This document shows positions 26,094 to 34,966 of a DNA stretch of 61,531 bases, piece after piece. The DNA is taken from assembly GCA_035947555.1 (NCBI GenBank), contig DASZJZ010000081.1:1-61531 (forward strand), given 5' to 3'. The position numbers and the translations under genes are program-made. How positions within the stretch are numbered: the stretch's first letter is position 1; the number at the start of each line of letters is the position of its first letter. The notes under the pieces were generated by a model. It saw only the letters and a list, made by a program, of their open reading frames with translations, did not search any database and was not told where the DNA came from. The stretch is from Thermoleophilaceae bacterium (lineage in GTDB: Bacteria > Actinomycetota > Thermoleophilia > Solirubrobacterales > Thermoleophilaceae).

Positions 26094-26158
26094 GAGCTGC
26101 CTGCCGGCGGCGCGGCGAGAGGCCGTGGGGGCAGGCGGTTTGCCGAGCCCCCGCGGCC

Positions 26159-26362
26159 TTAGTCGTGCCGGCGCTTGAACACGAGCACGTGGCCGTCCTT
26201 CTCGCGGTGGAGGGCCACGTCGAGGAAGGCGGTTGCGAATTCCCAGCCCTCGGCGCCGAGCTCGTTCATGGCGCGCTCGAACTCGGCTCGGTCGAGCTCC
26301 TCCTCCTTGCGGCCGAGCAAGCCGTGTGTGATGACGCTTGTCGTGTAGTCCCAGGTGGTCAC
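26159..26362 (-). CDS. DUF4177-like small protein
   Basis: GTG 26362. VTTWDYTTSVITHGLLGRKEEELDRAEFERAMNELGAEGWEFATAF...VLVFKRRHD fits the DUF4177 pattern (W-Y...LN.LG.EGWEL). The track ORF extends further upstream as shadow. Confidence 0.6.
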   Translation of the reverse strand: MTTWDYTTSVITHGLLGRKEEELDRAEFERAMNELGAEGWEFATAFLDVALHREKDGHVLVFKRRHD

Positions 26363-26372
26363 GGGCGCCAGG

Positions 26373-27099
26373 CTACTCCCGCCGCCTTCTGACCCGGATC
26401 CCGACGGCGCCGCCGCCGTCCAGGAGCTGATGATCGCCGCCGAGGAGTTCGGACTCATCGCGGGCGGCCACGCGGCGCTCCCGCACGACTCGAACGGCCG
26501 GCCCTGAACCGGCGACAACGTCTTCTCGTCCGGCGACCTCGTCGAGGACCTGACCCACAACTTCTTCCTCGAGACGGTCGCGAGGCAGAACAAGCTGCGC
26601 GTGTACGAGATGGTCGATCACCCCGCCGCCAAGGCGCTGACCGGCTACCTCCTCGTGCGTGGCGGCGTGCACCAGGTGGCGTACGCCCGGGCGCTCGAGA
26701 ACCTTGACCGGCGCCGACCTGACCAACATGTTCCCGACGCCGAACATCCCGACCGAGAAGATCCCCGAGTGCAAGCCGCACATCGAGCGCGGCGACCACA
26801 AGCGGATCTACCGCTTCTCGCCGAACGACTTCAAGGAGATCGCGGCCGTCTGGAACGGCACGCACCGTGAGACCGGCGAGGAGCTCGAGGTGGTCGACGG
26901 GCCGCCCGAGGGCGCGGCCCCGAATGACCTGCCGCCGCAGCCCAAGGCGTTCGTGCCGGACTTCCATCCGGAGGAGATCGCCGAGATCGCGACCAAGCTG
27001 CGCACGCAGGCCGGGATGCCGAAGGAGCCGAGCGGCGAGGTGAACGTGCCGGCCAGCGGCAAGGGCGTCGTGGACAAGGTCAAGGACGCGGTCACGTAG
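26373..27099 (+). pseudogene. decayed manganese catalase gene (no start, in-frame TGA, +1 frameshift, missing N-terminal metal-ligand region)
   Basis: Frame 0 reads ...DPDGAAAVQELM...SNGRP-TGA(26505)-TGDNVFSSGDLVEDLTHNFFLETVARQNKLRVYEMVDHPAAKALTGYLLVRGGVHQVAYARALENL. Homology then continues in frame 1 (TGADLTNMFPTPNIPTEKIPECKPH...) after an extra base near 26704-26706. Confidence 0.75.
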
Positions 27100-28024
27100 C
27101 GGCGCCCCCGCGCCGCCTGCCGACCTCGAGCAGGGCGTCGATCACCGCGCGGGCAGCCGGAGCGCGCTGCCCGCGCATGATCGCCGCCTGGACGTGGCGG
27201 ACGGGCGCCCCATCGAGCGGCACCACGGCGATCCGGTCCGGCTCGATCAGCACGTTCAGGCGGTGAGCGACCATCACGCCGCGGCCGGCGGCCACGAAGG
27301 CCTGTGCCTCGACCGGCTCGTCGCCGTGTCCGGCGTGCATGAGCGCCGGACGCACCGCCGCGTCTTCGAGCACCCGGTCGAGCAGGCGGGCGGCCGAGCC
27401 GCGGTGGGCCCGGATCCATGTCTCTCCCGCGAGGTCGGCCGGCTTGACGGAAGCCGCCCCGGCGAGCTGATGCCCCGCCGGCACGAGCGCGCAGGGTGGG
27501 TCGTCGAAGAGCGGGATCAGCTCCACGTCCTCCGGTGGCGGGTCCGGCTCGAAGGAGTGCTCGAACACGATCGCCACGTCGAGCTCTGCCCTGGCGAGAT
27601 CCCGGAACGCGGTCGCGCGGTCCACCAGCTCGTCCTGGATGACTGCGCCCTGCCCACGAAACAGCTCGGGATGCCGGGCCTCGAGCAGCGCGGCCATCTC
27701 CGCGGAGAGGAAGACGAGCGCGGTGAAGAAGGAGCCCAGTCGCACATGCCCCGTGCGCAGCCCCGCCAGGTCCGCGATCTGAGCCTCGGCGAGGGCGAGG
27801 CGCGCTAGTACCGCCTCGGCGTGGTCGACGAGGATCCTCCCCGCCTCGGTGGCGTGCACGCCGTGCTGGGTGCGGCGCACGAGCTGGATGCCCATCTGCC
27901 GCTCGAGCACGGAGATCTGGCGCGACACGGCCGGCTGGGTGAGCCCGATCGCATGCCCGGCCGCAGAGAACGAACCGTGTTCGACGACGGCCCGGAGGGT
28001 GGCGAGCTTCCCGACGTCGAGCAT
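27092..28024 (-). CDS. LysR family transcriptional regulator
   Basis: MLDVGKLATLRAVVEHGSFSAAGHAIGLTQPAVSRQISVLERQMGIQLVRR is a canonical LysR HTH. 310 aa. Divergent from the MFS gene. Confidence 0.9.
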   Translation of the reverse strand: MLDVGKLATLRAVVEHGSFSAAGHAIGLTQPAVSRQISVLERQMGIQLVRRTQHGVHATEAGRILVDHAEAVLARLALAEAQIADLAGLRTGHVRLGSFFTALVFLSAEMAALLEARHPELFRGQGAVIQDELVDRATAFRDLARAELDVAIVFEHSFEPDPPPEDVELIPLFDDPPCALVPAGHQLAGAASVKPADLAGETWIRAHRGSAARLLDRVLEDAAVRPALMHAGHGDEPVEAQAFVAAGRGVMVAHRLNVLIEPDRIAVVPLDGAPVRHVQAAIMRGQRAPAARAVIDALLEVGRRRGGAAT

Positions 28025-28095
28025 GCATTCAGTTTAGGACTCCGATAGCCGATGCATATGCGTCGTTATAGCGGCGCGAGGGCACTCGCAGGGGC

Positions 28096-29211
28096 ATGGG
28101 CCCGAGGGCAGCCACCAGGCTCATCTTCTTCATGGCCGGCTTCCTCTACGCCGCCTGGGCCACCCGCATCCCGGCCATCAAGGAGAGCCTCGACCTGTCA
28201 GCCGGCGAGCTCGGCCTCGCCATCCTCGGCCTCGAGGCCGGCGCCATCGCCGGCCTCCCGGCGGGCGCGGCGCTGGCCGCCCGCACGAGCAGCCGCACCG
28301 CCCTCCGCATCGGCTTGGCCGCGTACGCGCCCGCGCTGCTGGGCGTGGCGCTCGCGCCGGGCCTCCCCGCCCTCGCGGCGGCCGTGGCGGCGATGGCGGT
28401 GGCGAGCAGCGTCGTGGACGTGGGCATGAACGCCCAGGGCGTGGAGCTCGAGCGCCGCTACCGCCGTCCCCTGCTGTCCGGGCTCCACGCCGGCCATCCC
28501 TTCGGGCTGGTGGCCGGCGGACTCCTCGGGAGCGCCGCCGCCGCGGCCGGTACGCCGGTCGGCGCGCACCTCGCCGCCGTGGCGGCCGTGGGCCTGGCGG
28601 CGGGGATCGGCGTGACCTTCGCCCTCGTGCGCGAGCCGGCGCCGCGGCGGGGAAAGCGGCGCTTGACCCGTCCGAGCGGCCCGCTGCTGGGCCTCGGCCT
28701 GATCGCCTTCTGCGCCTTCCTGCTCGACGGCGCGGCGTACAACTGGAGCGCCGTGCACCTGCGCACGGAGCATGGCGCCGGCCAGGGCGTCGCCGCCGGC
28801 GCCTTCACCCTGTTCTCGCTCACCCTCGCCGTGGGCAGGCTGTTCGGCGATCGGCTCGTCGAGCGCCTCGGCCGGATCCGCGTGGTGCGCTGGTGCGGAG
28901 TCGTGGCGGCGGCCGGAAGCGCAGTGGCGATCGCCGCCCCGAGCGCGGCTTTGAGCCTGCTCGGGTGGGCGCTGTTCGGGCTGGGCCTCGCCGCACTGGC
29001 GCCCACCGTGCTCGGCGGAGCACCCGCAGCGGGCGGAGGATCGCCGGCGGCCGCCATCGCGGCGGTCACCACGGTCGGCTACCTCGGCTCGTTCACCGGC
29101 CCTCCGCTCGTCGGCGCGCTCGCGGAGGCCACGGGGCTCAGCGCCGCCCTCGGGCTGCTCGTGGTCGTGAGCGGCGGCCTTGCCATGCTCGCGCGCCGGG
29201 TGCCCGGCTAA
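28096..29211 (+). CDS. MFS transporter
   Basis: 371 aa, about 12 hydrophobic segments. N-terminus RLIFFMAGFLYAAWATRIPAIKESLDLSAGELG is typical of an actinobacterial MFS subfamily. Confidence 0.8.
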   Translation: MGPRAATRLIFFMAGFLYAAWATRIPAIKESLDLSAGELGLAILGLEAGAIAGLPAGAALAARTSSRTALRIGLAAYAPALLGVALAPGLPALAAAVAAMAVASSVVDVGMNAQGVELERRYRRPLLSGLHAGHPFGLVAGGLLGSAAAAAGTPVGAHLAAVAAVGLAAGIGVTFALVREPAPRRGKRRLTRPSGPLLGLGLIAFCAFLLDGAAYNWSAVHLRTEHGAGQGVAAGAFTLFSLTLAVGRLFGDRLVERLGRIRVVRWCGVVAAAGSAVAIAAPSAALSLLGWALFGLGLAALAPTVLGGAPAAGGGSPAAAIAAVTTVGYLGSFTGPPLVGALAEATGLSAALGLLVVVSGGLAMLARRVPG

Positions 29212-29240
29212 ACCTTCGCTGCCGGCCCGCCGATGCCAGG

Positions 29241-29945
29241 GTGGTGAGCGTCAACGACCTCGTCCTCGTCCAGGGCATGGACGACACCAAGCGGGCGCTG
29301 CGGCGCTGGAACGCCGACCCGCTGGAGGTGCTCCGCCCCTGGTTCCTCCTGAGCGTCGCGATCGCCGTCGGCCTGCTGGTGGCCGTCTACGTGGTCGCCA
29401 CCCAGGCGACGCCGGACCTGACCCGCTTCCTGATCCCGGGCTACAACGCCGACGCGGGCCTCGGCGACTACGCGCACGTGCTGCTGCGCAACTCGCTCGT
29501 GCTCGCCCTCCACGCGATGGCCTGCGTGGCGGGCTTCATGGCCGGCAGCTCGCTGCCGCTGTCCGCGTCGCACCGCACCGGCGTCTCGCGCTGGGTGCAC
29601 GAGAAGGCGGGTCCGCTGGCGATCGGCTTCGTGGTCTGCGCCACCGCGTTCTCGCTCTGCACGCAGGCCTACGTGATCGGCGGGAGCGCCGCGTCCATCG
29701 CGATGCAGATCGGCACCTCGCCCGGGCTGCTCCTGCTCGCCCTGACGCCGCACGCGCTGCCCGAGCTGGTCGCCCTCTTCATGCCGCTCGCCGCGTGGAT
29801 CGTCGCGAGCCGCAACGACGACTGGCAGGACCTTCTCGCCGCGACCGTCGTCACCGTGGCCATCGCCGTCCCGGTGCTGCTGGCCAGCGCCGCCGTGGAG
29901 ACCTGGGTCTCGCCGCAGCTGCTCCACGCGATCGCCCCGGGGTAG
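29241..29945 (+). CDS. SpoIIM/DUF95-like integral membrane protein
   Basis: GTG 29241/29244. Several TM helices. LTPHALPELVALFMPLAAWIV resembles the SpoIIM-family motif. The upstream part of the track ORF is R-rich shadow. Confidence 0.5.
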   Translation: MVSVNDLVLVQGMDDTKRALRRWNADPLEVLRPWFLLSVAIAVGLLVAVYVVATQATPDLTRFLIPGYNADAGLGDYAHVLLRNSLVLALHAMACVAGFMAGSSLPLSASHRTGVSRWVHEKAGPLAIGFVVCATAFSLCTQAYVIGGSAASIAMQIGTSPGLLLLALTPHALPELVALFMPLAAWIVASRNDDWQDLLAATVVTVAIAVPVLLASAAVETWVSPQLLHAIAPG

Positions 29946-29959
29946 ACCGCCGAAACGAC

Positions 29960-29985
29960 GACGGGGCGCCCGAAGGCGCCCCGTC
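29960..29985. terminator. GC-rich hairpin between convergent genes (11-bp perfect stem, CGAA loop), no U-tract
   Basis: GACGGGGCGCC-CGAA-GGCGCCCCGTC read directly. It lies 15 nt after the + strand stop and 23 nt after the - strand stop. Confidence 0.5.
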
Positions 29986-30007
29986 GCGGAATCGCTGAAT
30001 GACCTCT

Positions 30008-30844
30008 CTAGCAGCGCCAGTCCTCGGTGATCGGCGTGCGCTCGCCGCTCTCCGAGATGAATGTCACCTGAATCGACCGCTGGTTCCCCTTGCAGCCGAC
30101 GGCGGAGTAGAAGCCGACCTTGCGGTTCTTGCCAGCGATCCGCTTGCGGGCGGTCCGCTTCCGGATTTCCGACTCGACCTCCTGCACGACGGTGTCGAGC
30201 CCGCCCGCGTGGAGCAGCCACTGCGGCAGTGTGAACTGCAACTCGTCCGAGCGCACGCCGTTGATCCGGACCTGCTTGTAGGGCGCCAGGATCGCCTCGT
30301 TCTGCCGCGTGGCGCACTTGCCCTTGTGCTCGTCGTTCAGGTTCGGGATCTGTTCCCGCTTGGCGTCGACGCGGATGGCGAGCCCGCCCTGCTTTCTGCC
30401 GATCGTGCCGCGGACCCCGTAGTTGCCCGGCTCCAGGTTGTAGAGATTGAGCTCGAGCACGCAGTTGAGCTTTTGCGTCGGGTCCTCTGGCGCCCCGGCG
30501 TGCGCCTTGGCGATGCCGCCGCCGACCCACGCCTTGCGGCAGACCCGCTTGACCGTCTCGAGAACCTGGTTGTTGGCACCGTCCGAGGCGCCCGAGCAGG
30601 TCGGAAACTCCTCCGGATAGGTCACGAGGCCCTCCGCGCCGATGAAGTACGCCTCGACCGGCGTGCCGCGGTTGGCGGGGTTCTCGTCCTGCACCGTGTA
30701 GCCGAACTCGAGCGAGACCGGGAGCGGCTTCGTGGCGGTTCCCTTGCCTCGTGGGCTGGTGCTCCCGTCGACGGTGTACAAGTTGGCCGCGTAGGCGACG
30801 CCGGTCACGGCGAGCGCCACCAGAGCTGCCGCCGCGGCGGTCAA
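30008..30844 (-). CDS. secreted hypothetical protein, 6 Cys, lower-GC gene
   Basis: 278 aa. Signal peptide MTAAAAALVALAVTGVAYAA. K/N/Q/E-rich mature part with six Cys. I counted 64% GC at 30061-30160. No family recognised. Confidence 0.65.
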   Translation of the reverse strand: MTAAAAALVALAVTGVAYAANLYTVDGSTSPRGKGTATKPLPVSLEFGYTVQDENPANRGTPVEAYFIGAEGLVTYPEEFPTCSGASDGANNQVLETVKRVCRKAWVGGGIAKAHAGAPEDPTQKLNCVLELNLYNLEPGNYGVRGTIGRKQGGLAIRVDAKREQIPNLNDEHKGKCATRQNEAILAPYKQVRINGVRSDELQFTLPQWLLHAGGLDTVVQEVESEIRKRTARKRIAGKNRKVGFYSAVGCKGNQRSIQVTFISESGERTPITEDWRC

Positions 30845-30899
30845 GAATTTGCGCAGTCCGCGAGCAGAGGCACCCTATAACAGGTGCGGGTAGGCGAGG

Positions 30900-31718
30900 T
30901 TGCGGTTTCATGTCGCCGACATGCGCCCGCCCGCCGACGCCGAGATCTACGCGCCCGAGTTCCCGCCGAAGATGGATTGGCTCAACGTGGCCTTCCTGCG
31001 GATGAACACCCTGATGGGGCGCGGCGCCGTGCTCGTCGAGTTCTGGGACTTCGTGCGAGTGAACTCGCTGCGGACGATGCCCTACCTCAAGGCGTGGCAC
31101 GAGCGCTACTCGGGCGCCGGGCTGAGGGTCGTCGGCGTGCACTCACCTGGCTATTCGTTCGGGCGCGACCGCAACCTGGTCGCGCGGGCCGTGGAGCGGC
31201 TGGAGGTGCGCTACCCGGTGCTGCTCGACCCGCGGCTCGAGGTCTGGCGCGAGTACGGGAACAAAGGTTGGCCGGGGCGCTACCTGTTCGACCGCAGCGG
31301 CCGGCTCGTCTTTCTCCACTACGGCGAGGGCGATTACCTCGACACGGAGCTCGCGATCCAGGAGTGCCTGGGCGTGGAGATGGAGCCGCTCGCGCCGCTG
31401 CGGCCCGAGGACCAGCCGGGCGCGCTGCTCGAGCCCCAGACCGCGGACATCGTGCTGCCGGCCGACCGCGACCGGCTCGAGCTGGTGCGCGACTGGGACG
31501 AGGGCGATGACTGGCTCGAGGCGGCCGACGCGGGCGCCGCGGCGAGCTTCTCGTTCCGCGCCGGGAGCGCCTACGCGGTGCTGTCGGGCGGGGGCGTGGA
31601 GCCGGGGCTGTACGAGGTGGACGGGACGGTGGAGGCGGAGTCGCCAGGACTGCGCCTGCACGGCGTCCAGTTCACGCCGTTGCCGCCAGTGCCCTCCGGA
31701 TCTCCTTCGGGAGCATGA
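30900..31718 (+). CDS. DipZ-C/thioredoxin-like fold protein lacking the CxxC pair
   Basis: 272 aa. [46 protein letters not shown]...[27 protein letters not shown] follows the redoxin/DipZ pattern, but the active-site stretch reads VRVNS. There is only one Cys in the whole protein. Confidence 0.65.
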   Translation: MRFHVADMRPPADAEIYAPEFPPKMDWLNVAFLRMNTLMGRGAVLVEFWDFVRVNSLRTMPYLKAWHERYSGAGLRVVGVHSPGYSFGRDRNLVARAVERLEVRYPVLLDPRLEVWREYGNKGWPGRYLFDRSGRLVFLHYGEGDYLDTELAIQECLGVEMEPLAPLRPEDQPGALLEPQTADIVLPADRDRLELVRDWDEGDDWLEAADAGAAASFSFRAGSAYAVLSGGGVEPGLYEVDGTVEAESPGLRLHGVQFTPLPPVPSGSPSGA

Positions 31719-32628
31719 AGCGCACGTCCTCCTGGACCACCTCGAACTCGGAGACGTCCTCCGTCCCACGCTCGCGGAAGTACTCGACCAGCCGCTGCAC
31801 CAGCTCCTCCGGCGCGCTCGCGCCCGAGCTGATGCCCACCACCCGCTTGCCGCGCAGCCACTCGTCGCGCACCTGGGTCTCGTTGTCGATCAGATGCGAC
31901 TCCGCGCCGTGGTCGCGCGCCACCTCCACCAGGCGGTTCGAGTTCGAGGAGTTGCGCGACCCGATCACGAGCACCAGGTCGCACTCACGCGCCATCTGGC
32001 GCACAGCCATCTGGCGGTTCGTCGTGGCGTAGCAGATGTCGTCGGACTTGGGACCCGTGATGTTCGGGAAGCGCTCGCGCAGCCGCCTGATGATGCGGTC
32101 GGTCTCGTCCACCGACAGCGTGGTCTGCGTCAGGTAGGCCACGCGGTCGGGGTCGTCCACGTCGAGGCGGTCCACGTCCTCCTCGGTCTCGACCAGGACG
32201 AAGTGGTCGGGCGCTTCGCCCATCGTGCCCTCGACCTCCTCGTGCCCCTCGTGGCCGATCAGCACGATGGTGTAGCCCTCGGCCGCGAACTTCTTCGCCT
32301 CCACGTGCACCTTCGTCACGAGCGGGCAGGTCGCGTCGATCGTCTGGAGCCTGCGCGCCCCGGCGTTCGCGTGCACCGCCGGCGACACGCCGTGCGCGGA
32401 GAAGATCACGGTCTCCCCCTCGGGCACCTCGGTCTCCTCCTCCACGAAGATCGCCCCGCGCTCGCGCAGCTGCTCGACCACGTGCTTGTTATGGACGATC
32501 TCCTTGCGCACGTACACCGGTGGGCCGTACAGCTCGAGCGCGCGCTCGACGGTCTGGACGGCCCTGTCGACTCCGGCGCAATAGCCGCGCGGGGCCGCCA
32601 GCAGCAGCTTCTCGGGGAAGGCGGACAT
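31672..32628 (-). CDS. ispH: 4-hydroxy-3-methylbut-2-enyl diphosphate reductase
   Basis: 318 aa. [72 protein letters not shown]. Confidence 0.92.
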   Translation of the reverse strand: MSAFPEKLLLAAPRGYCAGVDRAVQTVERALELYGPPVYVRKEIVHNKHVVEQLRERGAIFVEEETEVPEGETVIFSAHGVSPAVHANAGARRLQTIDATCPLVTKVHVEAKKFAAEGYTIVLIGHEGHEEVEGTMGEAPDHFVLVETEEDVDRLDVDDPDRVAYLTQTTLSVDETDRIIRRLRERFPNITGPKSDDICYATTNRQMAVRQMARECDLVLVIGSRNSSNSNRLVEVARDHGAESHLIDNETQVRDEWLRGKRVVGISSGASAPEELVQRLVEYFRERGTEDVSEFEVVQEDVRFMLPKEIRRALAATA

Positions 32629-32634
32629 GCTCGG

Positions 32635-33522
32635 TCAGAGGCTAGCGAGCAGCCTGAGCACGGTCTCTCCGACGGCGTCGAGGCTGCGCTCGGAGACCAC
32701 CGACAGGTCGTCGCAGCGCCGGTGGAAGCAGGGGAAGTCGAAGTCGATCAGGTCGATCGCCGGCACCCCTTGCTCGAGGAACGGAAGGTGGTCGTCCTGG
32801 ATCGCGCTCTGGCCTGCGTCGGGGAACACCGCGCCCGCGCCCACCTGGCGGGCCGCCCGCTGGAGCCGCTCCCACAGCCGCTCGTTCGAGTAACCCTCGC
32901 GCTCGATCCGGAGCTTCTTCTCGCCGACGAAGTCGAGCAGCACCATCGCGCGCGCGTCCCGAAAGCGGCGCGCCGCGACCCTGCTGCCGCGCAGGCCGTC
33001 GCGATAGAAGTCGTCCGAGCCGCGCGGACTCTCCTCGCCGTCGAAGAGGATGAAGTGGATCGTGTGGCGAGGGCGCCGGATCGTGCGGGCCAGCTCCGTC
33101 ACCACGGCCGTGCCGGACGCGCCGTCGTTGGCGCCGACGAAGCCCGGGATGTCCTTCGTGTCGTAGTGCGCGCCCACCACCACGTAGCCCGGCTCGCGGC
33201 CCCGCACGGTGCCGACCACGTTGCGCAGGCCGCCGGGCACCGGCTGGAAGCGCCCGCGAGGCAGCATGCGCCGCAGCCTCCGGGCCAGGCGCCGGGACGG
33301 CTCGGAGCCGGCCGGGCGCGGGCCCAGCTCGACCTGGTACCGGAGCAGACGCCAGGCGGCGGCGGAGTCGAAGCGGTCCACCTTCAGGTCGCCGGGCCCG
33401 GCGGCCTCGCCGCCGGCGGACGAGGAATCGCAGGCGGCGACGAGCAGGAGCGCGGCCAGGAGCGCAGCCGCCACGGCGGTCGGGACGAGCTTCACGGGCC
33501 GGATTGTGGCGGGTAGAGTCAC
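32635..33522 (-). CDS. M28 family metallopeptidase / glutaminyl-cyclase-like lipoprotein
   Basis: Lipobox LLLVAAC. VVGAHYDTKDIPGFVGANDGASGTAVVTELAR...FILFDGEE. The true start may be GTG 33495. Confidence 0.75.
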   Translation of the reverse strand: MTLPATIRPVKLVPTAVAAALLAALLLVAACDSSSAGGEAAGPGDLKVDRFDSAAAWRLLRYQVELGPRPAGSEPSRRLARRLRRMLPRGRFQPVPGGLRNVVGTVRGREPGYVVVGAHYDTKDIPGFVGANDGASGTAVVTELARTIRRPRHTIHFILFDGEESPRGSDDFYRDGLRGSRVAARRFRDARAMVLLDFVGEKKLRIEREGYSNERLWERLQRAARQVGAGAVFPDAGQSAIQDDHLPFLEQGVPAIDLIDFDFPCFHRRCDDLSVVSERSLDAVGETVLRLLASL

Positions 33523-33526
33523 GGCC

Positions 33527-34966
33527 GTGGCGCATCAGGGGCACAAGGACCGCCTGAGCGCGGTCGACGCCTCCTTCCTGCACCAGGAGAAGCAGGCGTC
33601 GCACATGCACGTGGGTGCGCTCGTCCTGTTCGAGGGGCCGCCGCCGCCGCGCGGGGAGCTCATCGCCCACATCGAGTCGCGCCTGCACCTCGTGCCGCGC
33701 TACCGCCAGCGGCTGGCGTTCCCGCGCTTTGAGATGGGCCGGCCCTTCTGGGTGGACGACCCGAGCTTCAACCTCGACTATCACCTGCGACACACGGCGC
33801 TCCCGCGGCCGGGATCCGAAGAGCAGCTGCGCCAGCTCGTCGGCCGGATCTTCTCCCAGCGGCTCGACCGCTCGAAGCCGCTCTGGGAGGTCTGGCTGGT
33901 CCAGGGGCTCGAGGGGAACCGCTTCGCCCTGATCTCGAAGACCCACCACGCGCTGGTGGACGGCGTCTCCGGCGTCGACATCGCGACCGTCCTGTTCGAC
34001 CTGCAGCCCACGCCCGCCGACATCGAGGGCGATCGCGACTGGACGCCCGAGCCGGTGCCGTCGGACGTCGACCTGGTGGCCGAGGGGATAAAGGGGCTCA
34101 TGAGGACGCCCTTCTCGCTCGCAGGCCGCGCGCTCGGCGCGCTCCAGCATCCGGGCCGCTCGGCAGCCGAGGCCCGCCACGCCGCGGAGGGGATCGGCGA
34201 GGTCGTGTGGGCGGGGCTCAACCCGGCACCGGACGTGCCGCTGAACGTGGAGATCGGGCCGCACCGGCGCGTGCTGTGGGTGCGGAGCGCGCTGGCCGAC
34301 TTCAAGGCGGTCAAGAACGCGCTCGGCGGCACCGTGAACGACGCCGTGCTCGCCGTGGTGGCGGGCGCGCTGGGACGCTGGCTGCGCACGCGCGGGGTCC
34401 GCACGGAGGGGCTCGAGCTGCGCGCCCTGGTGCCGGTCTCGATCCGCGCCGAGGACGAGCAGGGCACGCTCGGCAATCGGATCGCCGCGATGCGCGGGCC
34501 GCTGCCGGTCTACGCCGACGACCCGGTCGAGCGGCTGGAGCTCGTGCGCGAGGCGATGGGGAACCTCAAGCAGTCGAAGCAGGCGCTCGGTGCTGAGGTG
34601 ATCGCCGGCCTGCAGGACTTCGCGCCACCGACGCTCCTCGCCCAGGCCTCCCGCCTCAACTTCTCGACCCGGCTCTTCAACCTGATCGTGACGAACGTGC
34701 CGGGCCCGCAGTTCCCGCTCTACCTGCTGGGGCGCGAGATGGAGGAGATCGTGCCGATCGCGTTCCTGCCGGAGAACCACGCGCTGGCCATCGCGATCAT
34801 GAGCTACAACGGAAAGATCGACTTCGGGCTGCTGGCCGACTACGACGCCATGCCGGACCTGGACGACTTCGGCGCGATGCTCGAGGAGTCGCTCGCGGAG
34901 CTCCTCGACGCGGCTACCGGTGCCGCTGCCTCACCCGAAACCGCACGTCGGGCCGCCGCGGAGTGA
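33527..34966 (+). CDS. wax ester synthase/diacylglycerol acyltransferase (WS/DGAT)
   Basis: GTG 33527. LSAVDASFLHQE...HMHVGALVLFEGP, catalytic HHALVDGVSG, C-terminal NVPGPQFPLYLLG. Confidence 0.85.
   Translation: MAHQGHKDRLSAVDASFLHQEKQASHMHVGALVLFEGPPPPRGELIAHIESRLHLVPRYRQRLAFPRFEMGRPFWVDDPSFNLDYHLRHTALPRPGSEEQLRQLVGRIFSQRLDRSKPLWEVWLVQGLEGNRFALISKTHHALVDGVSGVDIATVLFDLQPTPADIEGDRDWTPEPVPSDVDLVAEGIKGLMRTPFSLAGRALGALQHPGRSAAEARHAAEGIGEVVWAGLNPAPDVPLNVEIGPHRRVLWVRSALADFKAVKNALGGTVNDAVLAVVAGALGRWLRTRGVRTEGLELRALVPVSIRAEDEQGTLGNRIAAMRGPLPVYADDPVERLELVREAMGNLKQSKQALGAEVIAGLQDFAPPTLLAQASRLNFSTRLFNLIVTNVPGPQFPLYLLGREMEEIVPIAFLPENHALAIAIMSYNGKIDFGLLADYDAMPDLDDFGAMLEESLAELLDAATGAAASPETARRAAAE

Noticed and set aside
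26505-26507. In-frame TGA in the Mn catalase frame as selenocysteine or Trp recoding
   Set aside because: The gene also lacks a start and its N-terminal region and needs a frameshift. I saw no SECIS-like hairpin directly downstream. All other genes use TGA as a stop. Pseudogenisation is the simpler reading.
29208-31142. 644-aa minus-strand ORF spanning three genes
   Set aside because: Shadow composition. The region is fully explained by the SpoIIM-like, secreted-protein and DipZ-like genes.
31507-34780. 669-aa plus-strand (31507..33516) and 712-aa minus-strand (32642..34780) ORFs
   Set aside because: They are antisense or out of frame to ispH, the M28 peptidase and WS/DGAT, all of which have canonical motifs. 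Composition is R/H/A/G/P-rich.
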